The notes under the pieces are model-generated. The model ran no database searches. It saw only the letters and a program-made list of their open reading frames with translations, and was not told the DNA's origin. From Phaeosaccion multiseriatum (lineage: Eukaryota > Protista > Ochrophyta, other classes), in the NCBI GenBank assembly GCA_965112735.1, contig OZ218954.1, positions 2,046,001 to 2,110,000 on the forward strand: 64,000 nt of DNA, written 5' to 3'. A program made the translations under genes and the position numbers. Positions 41,939 to 54,506 of this stretch are shown one piece after another; the first letter of the stretch is position 1, and the number at the start of each line of letters is the position of its first letter.

Positions 41939-44059
41939 ATGTCTGTCCTTCTATCTATCTGTCTATCTGTCTATCCGTCTGTCTGTCTGTCTGTCTTTCT
42001 TTCTTTCTGTCTGTCTTTCTGTATGTCTCTCTTTCTGTCTGTCTTTCTTTCTGTCTTTCTTTCTGTATGTCTCTCTTTCTGTCTGTCCATCCGCCCGTCC
42101 GTCCATCGTCCGTCTGCCTTCTGCCTATCTATCTATGAAATCTCTTCTTTCTGTTGTCTACCTGCCTATTCGTCTGTCCATATACCCCGTCGCCTCTCAC
42201 CCCCCCCCCTTTCTCGCTCTCTCGCCAGGCATGTCTGATGCAGTTGACATGATAGGCCCCCCTCCTCCCTCCACCCCTGCCTCGTGGGCCTGGCCCCCGC
42301 CTTCGGATCACAAAGGAGGGCCACCCTCAGGAGCTGCTTCAAGAGGGGGTGGGGGGGGAGGTAGGGGGGACCATGGCGGCACTAGTCTGGACGAGTGGGG
42401 CATTGATCCTCACATCAGGCGAGAGCAAGAGCAGCAGCAGTTGGTGATACAGCAGCAACAGGAGCAGCAGCATGCCTCCTCGCGGAGGAGCAATGCTTAC
42501 GGCGAGGAGAACAGATTCAGGTAGGTTTGCTCCTTTTGTGTGCTTATGAGTGGTGCTTTTTTTCCTGCCAGTGTCCTCTCTCTCTATTCTCTCTCTTATC
42601 TTCCCTCTATCCATCTCCTGCGCCCTCTCTCTTTACCAATTCCCTCTTTTCTCTCACCAACTCACGCGCTTACTCACGCTCCCACTCCCTCCTTCCCTCC
42701 CTCCCTCCCTCCCTCCCTCCCTCCCTCCCTCCCTCCCTCCCTCCCTCCCTCCCTCCCTCCCTCCCTCCCTCCCTCCCTCCCTCCCCTCCTTCCCTCTCTC
42801 CCTCCGCCTCCTCAGACTCCACACGAAGGAGCCTGCTCGACTGCGGCAAGTACTCAAGGCCCGAGAAGCGAGCAAAGAGGCTCGAGCAGCAGAGAGCCGC
42901 GCAGAGAGAGAGGTGCAAGAGATGCAAACGTGCACCTTCACACCCAACATCACAAAGGGTGAGGACCGCAGAGGAGAGAGGGGGAGAGGGGGGGGCGTCA
43001 GCGGGAGACAGAGAGAGCGAGAGAGGGAGAGAGAAGAGAGAGAGAGAGAGAGAAGAGGAGAGGAGGTCAGACAGAGAGATGGGACATTACCTTTTGCTGG
43101 TGGTAAAAATCTGTGAAGGTCTTCACTGATTTGACTCAGCTCACTCACTCGCTCACTCTGAAACGCCCCCTCCCTCTCCCTTACTCCCGACAGAGGTGCC
43201 AGTGGGCACAGGACCTGTTGTGGTGCGAGGCTTGGGCCGCTTCCTGCAGCTTAAGGAAGCTTCTCGGCAGAAGGTGTGTGTGTGTGTGCGTGCGTGTGTG
43301 TGTGTCTGTGTGTGGGCGTGTTTGCTTGTGTGTGTACGTGTGTGTGTATCTGTGTGTTTTTCCTTTTATATATATTTCCTGATGAAGATGGGCCGCGGTC
43401 TAGTAGGTAACATGAAATTGGAATTGTATGCACTTGCACAGGCCAGAGAGCAGGAGCAGCGCGAGCAAAAGGCCTTCCACGTAGGGGCCAACGCCGTCCG
43501 CAGAGATGAAGCCACCGGACTCACTGTGGTAAAGCCCTTTAGGCTCAGCAGCACCAATGCGGACTGGAGGGAGAGGGAGGCGGGGATCGTGGCGCAGAGG
43601 GATGGTGAGAACACCTTCAGGTGAGTAGGGGGTGGGGGGGGGGGGGGATGGGTTGGTGAGTGTGTGGGGAGGGTGGTGTGTGTGTGTGTGTGAGTGGGTG
43701 GGTGAGTGCGTGAGTGGGTGGGTGGGTGGAGTGGGTGGGGTAGGATGGGTGGGTGGATGGGGTGGGTGGGTGTGTGTATGAGTGAGTGGGTGGGTGAGTG
43801 GGTGGGTGAGTGAGTGGATGAGGATTGGTGAATGATGCTGGAGTGGTGTGTTTTTCGACATTGTCATCTCCTTACGCTTGGTTTGCTGCCCCTCCCCCTC
43901 CCTTCCTTTCCTTTCCCCGCTTTCCTTCCTTCCCTTGTTCTCTTCTTGTCACTCGCCGCCAAAAGGCCGTGGACGAAGGAGCGAGAGCGGAATGAGCTCT
44001 TAGCGGAACTGCTGGACTACTCCAGCCTACTCACTGATGACTTGGGGGAAGCCGTGTAA
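34797..44059 (+). CDS. Large multi-exon coiled-coil/low-complexity protein with about 9 (C/Y/H)-(T/S/P)-F-x-P motifs; putative microtubule or centrosome protein
   Basis: Exon fragments EYTFKPRIN, ECTFRPVIT, ACPFQPQIN, GHSFKPRIN, KYSFKPRIN, ACTFKPRL, TCTFTPNIT, VVVRGLGRFLQLKE, LTVVKPFRLS, NTFRPWT on one strand, separated by GT-AG introns; full exon chain not verified. Confidence 0.7.
37615..37722. repeat. 27-bp tandem repeat (TTGAACAAGAAGGAGGGGGAGGGGGTG) x4, intronic
   Basis: Directly visible. Confidence 0.9.
41224..41399 (+). repeat. Degenerate 7-mer array (TATAGGG/TGTAGGG/TTTAGGG), telomere-like, intronic
   Basis: About 25 heptamer units, two of them exact TTTAGGG. Confidence 0.8.
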
Positions 44060-44472
44060 CGCCAAATGGGCCACTCTATAAACAAACAGCTTATTTATTA
44101 CATTTTGTGATGCTGTGTCTTTCTCTGCCTGCTCACTGCTCTCTGCCTGCCGGCGGTGTTACTAAAGAAACTGAAAGCGTGGGGGATGGTGGGAGGTGGA
44201 TGGCGTGAAAAGAAGAAAAAGAACCAAAGGCAGGAAGCAATAAAAAAAAACACACACACACACACACACATCACAGGTTCGTGTGAAAAAACAAAAAAAA
44301 AAAAAAAAAAAATTCAAAATCCCGCCGAAGGTGTGTCATTGTTTCACCGCGCCGTATTGGCTCATTCAGGACGGTTCTTTGAGCCACTGCATGTTCTTGT
44401 CCGAGAGAGAGAGAGAGAGGAGAGATGAGATGAGAGATCACCGACCCTTTCTCTGGTAGGCGTGTAGCTGGG

Positions 44473-47400
44473 ATGATGGGGCAAGAGGTGAGAGAAGGTC
44501 GAAGGAAAGGCGAAGGACAAAAGAGAGAAGAAGAAGGAAAAAAACGAAAAGGAGGAGGAGCTAGCAGGCCAAGAACTGGAAAGAGCCTCTTTCCATCGAG
44601 GCAAATGCCGAGTTCTCGCTCTCCCTTGGGAGAAGCAGCACGAGCAACAGCCCGAGACCCAGCAGGTCGTAGTAGAGCTGGCAAGTCCCCATCACCGAGA
44701 TCGCCCGTTCCAAGGCCGGCGGTGGCAGCCCAAAGGAGACCCAGTGACGAAGAGCCCCCTGTCATCACATCCGGGGGCTCCACATGGGACTCCATTGCGG
44801 CGGAGATGCTGAGCAAGGCGGGCCTGCCGCCGAGTGGGGAGGAGGAAGGTACGAACAGAGACGCATGTGTGTTGCTTGATGCTGTGGTGTTAGGTGTTTC
44901 TTTGCTCATCTTTTGTATGGTACTTTAAAGTGCAGACAAGCACGCAGCTGCTGCGATCATCCCTCACGCTCCCCTCCCCCTCCCCCCCCCCCCTTCCTCC
45001 TCCTTATCCTCCTCCTTATCCTCCTCCTCCTCCTCCTCCTCCTCCTCCTCCTCCTCCTCCTCCTCCTCCTCCTCCTCCTCCTCCTCCTCCTCCTCCTCCT
45101 CCTCCTCCTCCTCCTCCTCCTCCTCCTCCTCCTCCTCCTCCTCCTCCTCCTCCTCCTCCTCCTCCTCCTCCTCCTCCTCCTCCTCCTCCTCCTCCTCCTC
45201 CTCCTCCTCCTCCTCCTCCTCCTCCTCCTCCTCCTCCTCCTCCTCCTCCTCCTCCTCCTCCTCCTCCTCCTCCTCCTCCTCCTCCTCCTCCTCCTCCTCC
45301 TCCTCCTCCTCCTCCTCCTCCTCCTCCTCCTCCTCCTCCTCCTCCTCCTCCTCCTCCTCCTCCTCCTCCTCCTCCTCCTCCTCCTCCTCCTCCTCCTCCT
45401 CCTCCTCCTCCTCCTCCTCCTCCTCCTCCTCCTCCTCCTCCTCCTCCTCCTCCTCCTCCTCCTCCTCCTCCTCCTCCTCCTCCTCCTCCTCCTCCTCCTC
45501 CTCCTCCTCCTCCTCCTCCTCCTCCTCCTCCTCCTCCTCCTCCTCCTCACTCACGCATCACTCGTCGCGGTCGCTCTGCAGACGGCGACTTGATTGAGCC
45601 TCGCGACGGTACCCGTGACAGTGTCATGTCCAACCTTTCAGACGATGGCGTGGACATGGATGGGCTGTCGGGAGACATTCAGCAACTGCACAGAGATCTC
45701 AGCCGAGGACTGAGAGAGGCAAAGCTCTGCTCCACTGGTGAGTGAAACGGAGGGAGGAAGGGTCAACTCTGCTGAGTGTTGTGTTTCAAACTCTTGTGTA
45801 CTTAACGCTTCCCTACGGCTACTGCTGCTACTTCTTCATATCGGTCCTCTCTCTCTTTCTCTCTCTCTTGTCTGCGGAAAAAAAGATTCCTCGTCCTTCA
45901 CATCCTCGTTCGGAGCAGGCGGCGAGCGACAAGAAGACACCATCACCAATAACAACAGCCGGGGCAACAGTCGTGGCAGCAGTCGACGGTCTTCTCTAGC
46001 CGCCTCCTGCTGCTCTTCAGACGGAGACCAAGAGGCGAACGAGGGACGCATTCTGGCCCTGAAGAACGACCTAGACCTCGCCCTGACGTCCTTCATGAAG
46101 CAGAGCAATGGGGGCATAGATGGGAGGGGTACCGCTGGGGGCATAGGAGTAGGAGGAGGAGCAGGAGCAGGAGCAGTAGGAGATGAGGTTGAAGGCGAAG
46201 TGGGAGGAGGAGCGCGAGGGAATGCTCTGGAGCGGCAAGAGGAGCGAGAAACACCCGCTCCTGATACTTTGGAAGCCGTTCACGACGAGGGCAGAAAGAA
46301 GGAGGTGGACATAGAGGTTAAGATGGAGGAGGATGGGGAGGAGAAGGAGGAGCAGGTGAGCAGGGGCGGGGAGGAGAAGGAGGAGCAGGTGAGCAAGGGC
46401 GCTAAACCCTGTCTTGAGGTCGACATTGCCAGCGACAAGGGCCTCGATATTGATAGCCATGTAGCGGAGGTGCTGAGCATTCTAGAGGCGTCATCTTCAT
46501 CAAGCACAGACTCGAGCTCCAGTCGACCCTTCCCTTCTACACAGGCAGAACCTCCGCACAGGTCAGGCTGGGGCCGGCGTGGTGAAGCAACGCACGATGC
46601 AGACGGCAGGACACACCGGAGAGGAGGGGGGACGGGGTCCGGTAGCAGCAGGGGCGGCAGTAGCAGGGGCAGGAGCGGCACGAGCGGCGGCAGCGGTGGT
46701 GCGATAAAGGGGGTGGAGCACCCGCGAACGAGCTCGTCTGTCGCTGCTACCAGCGGCAGGAGCAGCAGGAGGAGAAGCAGCGCCACTGCAACTGCAACAG
46801 CGACGGCCAGTAGCACCCCCTCTCCTCCTCCCCCCCTGGAGATGCGGCCTACGATGCTGGCCATGCAGGCCGTGGCGAGGGAGAGCATGATGAAACTGTG
46901 CGATATCAAAAGGGTGCTGCTCGAAGAGACCCTCGCCTTGCAGGTGGGTGGGTGGGTGGGTGGGTAGGTGTGGGGAGGGGGGGGGGCATGAAGCACGGGG
47001 GAGATGTGGAGATGCAGTGGTTGGAGGTGTGGAGGTGTGAAGGTGTATGGTGAAAGTAGAATGGAGGTGTGGAGGAATGTGAAAGTAGAATGGAGGTGTG
47101 GAGGTGTGAAGGTGTATGGTGAAAGTAGAATGGAGGTGTGGAGGAATGTGAAAGTAGAATGGAGGTGTGGAGGTGTGAAGGTGTATGGTGAAAGTAGAAT
47201 GGAGGTGTGAAGGAATGTGAAAGTAGAATGGAGGTGTGGAGGTGTGAAGGTGTATGGTGAAAGTAGAATGGAGGTGTGGAGGAATGTGAAAGTAGAATGG
47301 AGGTGTGGAGGTGTGAAGGTGTATGGTGAAAGTAGAATGGAGGTGTGGAGGGGTATGGTGGAGGTGTGGAGGTGTGGAGGTGTATGGTGGAGGCGTATGG

Positions 47401-48085
47401 TGGGGGTGGAGGTGGAGTGGAGGTGTCCTGGGCGTCGTCATTGGGTATCTCTTCCTCTCTTTCCTCTCCCTAACCCCCTCCCTCCGTTAACTCGCTCACA
47501 CCAAACGCAGGACGAGAGAGCGGTGCTTGTGAGCGAGTTCGGTAGCCGGAGTGGGAAGTGTACGCCATCTGTGGAATGCTCAACTTGCTCCACCTCGCCC
47601 ACCTCGCCCTCGGCCTTCTCCTCCACAGAGGGAGAGGGAGAGGGAGAGAGGGGTGTGGCATATCCACAGCGGCAGGAGCAGCACCAGCAGCAGCACCAGC
47701 AGCACCAGCAGTTGGTGATACAGCAGCAGGAGGCCAGAGGCGGGGATGGAGGCCAAGGGGGAGGGTCTCCGAGCAACAAGAGAAGGGAGGAGGAGAAGGC
47801 AGCAGGCAGCTGCAGCGCTCAGCTGCTGCAGAACATTGAGCAGACCAGCCACATCATGGAGCATGGCGTTTCCCTGACCTTGGACACGCTCAACAAAATC
47901 GACTTCATCAGCGCCACCTTCAACGAGCTTCTCACTGCATCTCACACGTGGCACTTGTCTCCAGCGGCACCGGAGCCCCCTTCTCCAAAGCGCATCTCAG
48001 CGTCGTCTGCCTCGACATTGCTGCTCAAGGCCAGGCGTGGCAGCACGGTGAGAGAGAGAGAGAGAGGGAGAGACAGACAGAGAGA

Positions 48086-48166
<81 letters not shown>

Positions 48167-50074
48167 GGAGCGCTGCCTGGCCTCTGACCCCTGTGTTATG
48201 GATATGCTGTGTCTTGTGTTATACCTTCTTCTCCTGCTGCTGCTACTTCCGTACCTGCTGCCGCCGCTGCTGCTGCTGCTCCTAACTGCTTGCTGCCTCC
48301 CACTCTGATTTGAGTGGGGGCATCATTGACCATTCGTATCCACCCCCCCCCCCGCCCCCCTCCCTCCGGAATCAATCGAAACGAATGAACAAATGACTGA
48401 CCGATACAAACTCACAGATTATGGAGCCAATCTCGTGCAATATCACCAACGTGGTAGTGGAGGAGCAGTTCTTCTTCGACGATGTATACTACGTACTCAA
48501 GCTTCACCAAGGGAAGCATACCTGGACTGTGAGGAGGACGTAAGTAGTGAGTCAGTCGGAACGGAGGCAGGCAGGCAGGGGGAAGAGGAGGAGGAGGAGG
48601 AGGAGGGCACAAGAAGCAGCATGCATACGACCACTCACACAGCAGAAACGCAAAAGCAAACAAAGCGCTGTTCCACCTTTGATAACTGACTTTCTGCTTC
48701 CCTCCCTCCCTCCCTTCCTTCCTTCCTTCTCTCCCTCCCTCCCTCCCTCCCTCCCTCCCTCCCTCCCTCCCTCCCTCCCTCCCTCCCTCCCTCCCTCCCT
48801 CCCTCCCTCCCTCCCTCCCTCCCTCCCTCCCTCCCTCCCTCCCTCCCTCCCTCCCTCCCTCCCTCCCTCCCTCCCTCCCTCCCTCCCTCCCTCCCTCCCT
48901 CCCTCCCTCCCTCCCTCCCTCCCTCCCTCCTTCCTTCCTTCCTCCCTCCCTCCCTCCCTCCCTCCCTCCCCCCTTCCTCCCTCCCTCCCTCCCTCCCTCC
49001 CTCCCTCCCTCCCTCCCTCCCTCCCTCCCTCCCTCCCTCCCTCCCTCCCTCCCTCCCCCCTACATACTCATTAGGTACGACAACTTCGTCGATCTTCACA
49101 AGGCCATGGTGTCCCTCTCCGGCCCTCAGCGCGTCCCGCCCTTCCCCTGCGGCTCAGTGTCTCTGTTGGAGAAGCTCGGCATTGGAGTGGGCTCAAAGGA
49201 GGAGCAGAATACATATGGCAAGCAGAGCAAGCAAGTGCAGCTCGCCGCCTACCTCGCTGCTGTACTCGAGGGTGGGTCAGTAGGAACAAGCAAAGAATGC
49301 GGCGGCGGCGGTGGTGGTGGTGGGAATGCGTGGTAGTGGTGGTTGTGTTGGATTTGAGGGCGTCCCTCCTCTCTCCTGCCTCCTCCCTCTTCTTCTCTCA
49401 GCCCCCTCTGCGTTGCCTCGCCCGACTGGCCCCTCCCCCTCCCTTCCTCCCGTGCCAACGTTGCCTACTCTCTACACTCTGCCGTCTGGTGCCATCTTTA
49501 CTTCTCGTGCCATCTGCTACCATCTTGTACGCACCTTCCTCGGAGTCAAGACTCTTCGCTTATGTGTGCTCCCCTCGTGACTTTCTTAAGCGAGTCGAAA
49601 GGAGACAGAGGACGAGGAGGAGGAGGAGCAACAGAAGGAAGGGGGCCTATCATCACCCAGAAAGGAGGAGGAGGAGGAGGAGGAGGAGGAGGAGGAGGAG
49701 GAGGAGGAGGAGGAGGAGGAGGAGGAGGAGGAGGAGGAGGAGGAGGAGGAGGAGGAGGAGGAGGAGGAGGAGGAGGAGGAGGAGGAGGAGGAGGAGGAGG
49801 AGGAGGAGGAGGAGGAGGACCTAACGGCGGCGTGAGAGCCTCCAACACTCAAATGAGCGCCAAGCTCTCCGCCTCGGTAGAGGGCGGCCCAGAAGTACCT
49901 GGGCTGAAGCTGAAGCGGTTACTGTCCGCCCGGAAAGGATCCAACGGCGCCTTTGACTCGTCAGGGGCACTGGGCAGTAGCAGTCGCATGGGCAGCGGCA
50001 GGCTTACGGGCAGCTGGGCGGTAGGACGGAGGGGGGGACAAGGGGACACTGCACCAGCGATGGTGTTGGCGTAG
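44473..50074 (+). CDS. Large low-complexity protein with a C-terminal PX (phox homology) domain, about 7 exons; start uncertain
   Basis: Spliced ISCNITNVVVEEQFFFDDVYYVLKLHQGKHTWTVRRTYDNFVDLHKAM...VPPFP...QLAAYLAAVLEDSSLMCAPLVTFL. Confidence 0.72.
45020..45548. repeat. Pure (CCT)n tract, about 530 bp, intronic
   Basis: Directly visible; ends about 30 nt before the ctgcag acceptor at 45581. Confidence 0.97.
47022..47350. repeat. 69-bp compound minisatellite built from TGGAGGTG and TGAAAGTAGAA units, about 4.5 copies, intronic
   Basis: AGGTGTATGGTGAAAGTAGAA recurs with period 69 (47041, 47110, ...). Confidence 0.9.
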
Positions 50075-50670
50075 ACGAAACGTACACAGAGCGGGTTAAG
50101 GAGAGGAGAGTTGAGCGAGGTGTGTGGGGGGGGGGGGGTTGATTGCATGTGACAAGGGCCACGACGAGCGTCGCCATATAGTGTGTCCCATATATACGCT
50201 TCTCTAACAGAGAGGGCGGGAGTGTATGTGTGTGTGAAGAGCACAAACACGCTTAAGTGGTGCTTTGCTCTCAGCATGCTATACAGATACGTGTGTGTGC
50301 GTCAGTCGCTCTCAGTACACACAACGTGTGAGTATGTGTGTGTACGTACTTTCGCCGTAGCCCCACACTTAACATAAATCCTCTCTCCTCCTTCTTAATT
50401 TTAATTTTAGTTTCTAAGCACCCGGATAAGACAAGTCCAGTGCAAGCACCGCACTACACACACTGTACACGTCCAGCGTCCAGTACACGTGTCCAATGGA
50501 GGCTACCCTGCTGCTGCTGCCGCTGCCGCCGCTGCTGCTACTGCTCCTCACGCCCCTCCCCTCCCCTGCGGAACACGTCGATCCGGCCACCCGGACGTTG
50601 TTAGTGCACTCAGATAATGAAATATATATATATATAACAAGCCCCACATTCACACACTTTCATACCCACG

Positions 50671-50738
<68 letters not shown>

Positions 50739-51096
50739 GAATTCACGTTGAGAGGGTTGCGTGCCCTGTATGCCTGCCTGCAGGTTGTGCCTGCCTGCAG
50801 GTTGTGCCTGCCTGCAGGTTGTGCCTGCCTGCTGGCTGTGTATGCCTGAAGAGCTGGAAGGCGGGCGGGCGTTGTACGCGGCTAGCGTCAACGGTCCCGT
50901 CAGTCGGGGCCTCCCTTCCCTCCCCTCCCGTTCCCTTCCTTCCGCCCCCCTCCCCCTCCCTCCCCCCCTCCCTCCCTCCCTCCCCTCCCCGTCCTCCCTC
51001 CCTCCTTCCACTCCCCTCCGCTCCTCAAAACCGCCAAAGGGTCTGCCTGGTAAAGTCAACAAAGGGCTAAGTCAACAAGCCTGCCTCTGCCTCGTC

Positions 51097-53951
51097 TCAG
51101 AAGAGCTTTCTTTTGACAAAGGAGGACGAGCGCAGGGCCTTGACTCTCCTGGCGGGGTTCCCGACGTCCAGAAGCCTCCCCAGGAACTTTCTCAGCTCCT
51201 TGTCGTCGTCGGAAATGGCCTCCGCCAGGTCGACTTCGAAATTGGGCCTCGCCATGGCGCTCATTATTCCGTCCGCTCCCAGACCTTCGCCGGAGGGGTG
51301 TGGCGGTGAAGGGTGAGGGGGTGGGGGGACGAGGAGGCGGTGAGTGGGTGAGTGAGTGAGTGAGTGAGTGAGTGAGTGAGTGCGTGAGTAAGGGAGGGAG
51401 GGAGTGAGTGAGTAAGGGAATGAATGAGTGAGTGAATAAGTGAGTGAGTGAGTGAGTGAGTGAGTGAGTGAGTGAGGGAGTGAGTGAGTGTGTGAGTGAG
51501 TGAGTGAGTGAGTGAGTGAGTTAGTGAGTGAGTGCGTGAGTAAGGGAGGGAGTGAGTAAGGGAATGAATGAGTGAGTGAATAAGTGAGTGAGTGAGTGAG
51601 TAAGTGAGTGAGTGAGTGAGTGAGTGAGTGAGTGAGTGCGTGAGGGAGGCAGTGAGTGAGTGAGTGAGTGAGTGAGTGAGTGAGTGAGTGCGTGAGTAAG
51701 GGAGGGAGTGAGTAAGGGAATAAATGAGTGAGTGAATAAGTGAGTGAGTGAGTGAGTGAGTGAGTGAGTGAGTGAGTGAGTGAGTTAGTGAGTGAGTGCG
51801 TGAGGGAGTGAGTGAGTGAGTGAGTGAGTGAGTGCGTGAGTAAGGGAGGGAGTGAGTAAGGGAATGAATGAGTGAGTGAATAAGTGAGTGAGTGAGTGAG
51901 TGAGTGAGTGAGTGAGTGAGTGAGTGAGTGAGTTAGTGAGTGCGTGAGGGAGTGAGTGAGTGAGTGAGTGTGTGAGTAAGGGAGGGAGTGAGTAAGGGAA
52001 TGAATGAGTGAGTGAGTGAGTGAGGGAGTGAGGGAGTGAGGGAGTGTGTGAGTGAGTGAGTGAGTGAGTGAGTGAGTGAGGGAGTGAGTGAGTGTGTGAG
52101 TGAGTGAGTGAGTGAGTGAGTGAGTTAGTGAGTGAGTGCGTGAGTAAGGGAGGGAGTGAGTAAGGGAATGAATGAGTGAGTGAATAAGTGAGTGAGTGAG
52201 TGAGTAAGTGAGTGAGTGAGTGAGTGAGTGAGTGAGTGAGTGAGTGCGTGAGGGAGGCAGTGAGTGAGTGAGTGAGTGAGTGAGTGAGTGAGTGAGTGCG
52301 TGAGTAAGGGAGGGAGTGAGTAAGGGAATAAATGAGTGAGTGAATAAGTGAGTGAGTGAGTGAGTGAGTGAGTGAGTGAGTGAGTGAGTGAGTGAGTGAG
52401 TTAGTGAGTGAGTGCGTGAGGGAGTGAGTGAGTGAGTGAGTGAGTGAGTGCGTGAGTAAGGGAGGGAGTGAGTAAGGGAATGAATGAGTGAGTGAATAAG
52501 TGAGTGAGTGAGTGAGTGAGTGAGTGAGTGCGTGAGTGAGTGAGTGAGTGAGTGAGTGAGTGAGTGCGTGAGTAAGGGAGGGAATGAGTAAGGGAATGAG
52601 TGAGTGAATAAGTGAGTGAGCGAGTGAGTGAGTGGGTGGGTGAGTGAGTGAGTGAGCGGATGAGTGCGGCCCAATTCAACAAAGCTACGACTTTCTTTCC
52701 CCTCCAAAACCGCAGCCCGCATGCCCCACTCTTTCCGTCTTGTCTCTCTCTCTTCCTCTCCCACATCCTGACACTCACTCTTTCCCTCTCTCTCTCTCCC
52801 TCTCTCGCTCTCTCTCTCTCATGTTCCTCAACAGCTCAGCTCACCTTTGTAGTAGGTCCTGCCTAGGTAGAGGTGTAGCAGCAGCATACCCAGGCTCCAC
52901 GCATCGTAGGAAGGCTGCATGGCCGTCGACCAGGGCTTACCAGCGACGTAGGCCACGGCCACTTCTGGAGGGGCCGCCTCCGGATTATAGTCGACGGGAT
53001 AGGCTCCCTGCGGCACGGCACTCTCCAAGTCTATGGCTCTAAGTTTGCGCTTGTTCTTGCCCTTGCCGCCCGAGGAGCCGTCGCTGAGGACCAGGTTGGT
53101 AACGCTGAGGTCTGACCAAACCAGTCCGGCCTCGTGGATGGCGTTGAGAATCGCCGCTCCATCCGCGGCTATCCTTCGCAGTTCGGCTCCGCTGGTTGTT
53201 GTTGTTAGGGTGGTGGTGGTGGGTGTTGGTCGTTTTGAGAGCATAGAGTACAGGGGAATGGTGAGGGGCGAGTGGAGAGGTTCTGCTGGAGGGAGGGAGA
53301 GAGAGAGGTAGAGATGGAGAGCGAGGAAGAAGAAACGAAATTCGCCTCCGTCGGTCCCTCTCACCGAATCGGCTCTCCTCTGGCGTGGAGTTCTGACCGA
53401 AGGTCCTTTCCTCCATGCGGCATGATGATGATGCTCTCCCCCTTGCTATTGTAGGCGGGATAGTAGTCCAACACCCCGACAAAGAGAGCCTGACTATTCG
53501 CTCCAAAGAGGCCCAAAGGACCCCCTCCTTTGCTCTGCGCTGCTCGCGTGTTGGCTACATCTCTGTCTGCGGCGGCGGCGGCGGCTCTCCCCACAACCTT
53601 GATTTTCACCGCCGCATTGTCTGCTGTCGTCTTCCTGCCGTCGAAGATTGTGCTCTTGCCGCTGCTCTTGACCCCCCTGGTGCTTTTGGCTACCACATAC
53701 TTGCCCATGATCTCTTGGCCGGCAACCACAGACGCTGGGATCGGCACATTGCTCTGTCTCGCTGAGATCGGTTCAACCCTCCTCCCGGCACGTACACTCA
53801 TCACCATTTGCAGATTACCGCGGGGAGCCCTTCCTCCATGCAAGACCGGCGCCTTCGCAGCAGCAGGGGGTGCGCCGCCAGAGGGGAGAAACGCCTGTAC
53901 TTGCCACAGGTAGCAGAGGCACAACGCGAACCACATTCTTGCCTTCCACAT
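51097..53951 (-). CDS. Plastid-targeted atypical protein kinase (possible pseudokinase), 3 exons
   Basis: Signal peptide plus QAFLP transit start; AVKIK, AIHEAGLVWSDLSVTNLV, RAIDLESA, PVDYNPEAAPPE, SYDAWSLGM, FLGRLLDVGNPARR. Confidence 0.8.
51340..52655. repeat. About 1.3-kb (TGAG)n microsatellite with a higher-order recurring block, in the kinase intron
   Basis: Block GCGTGAGTAAGGGAGGGAGTGAGTAAGGGAATGAATGAGTGAGTGAATAA recurs about 9 times. Confidence 0.95.
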
Positions 53952-54506
53952 CGCTTTCTTTCTTCTCTCACCGCTTTCTTCCTCTACATTTGCCTCCTGG
54001 CTGAGCGATCAAGTACAGCTAGCAGCAGTAGAAGCAGCAAGAACAGCAACAAGGAGGAAACAAAGGAAGAGCAGAAGCAGCGGAGGGTGGGGAGAGAATG
54101 GCAAAATCAAAATAAGGTAGTGGAGTATGTCGTCGCGGAAACCGACAATTTGAGTTTTAGTGCTCGTCCCTACTGGGCCTCTTCGATTTTTCACGCATCC
54201 ATCACCCTTTCATCTATCCATCCATCTCCCTTGCTGTGAGGCCAATCTCACAGCAAAGCAGAGGCGGAAGGAGAGGCAGTGTTCATAGCTGCCTTGGACG
54301 TCCTGCTGTTTTCCAGCGGGCTGCTCCGTGCTTGTTCCTTGTTTCGGGGAGGTACACTCATCCGAGTTAGAAATTATTTTTTGGTTCTAAGAAGCCCTTG
54401 GTCGACCCCTTCCCCGCGGCGCAGCGCAGCAGCAGGAGCCACTTGGGGGCGGGCTGCATAGTTGTCTCAGCGCACGTACTGATTTCTTTAGGGGTAGGCG
54501 TACACG

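Noticed and set aside
44894-45593. PolyP/L/E/R ORFs
   Set aside because: (CCT)n tract lying between a donor at 44849 and an acceptor at 45581
51340-52764. 555-aa THSL-repeat ORF
   Set aside because: Only its last ~62 codons are the final kinase exon; the rest is intronic (ACTC)n
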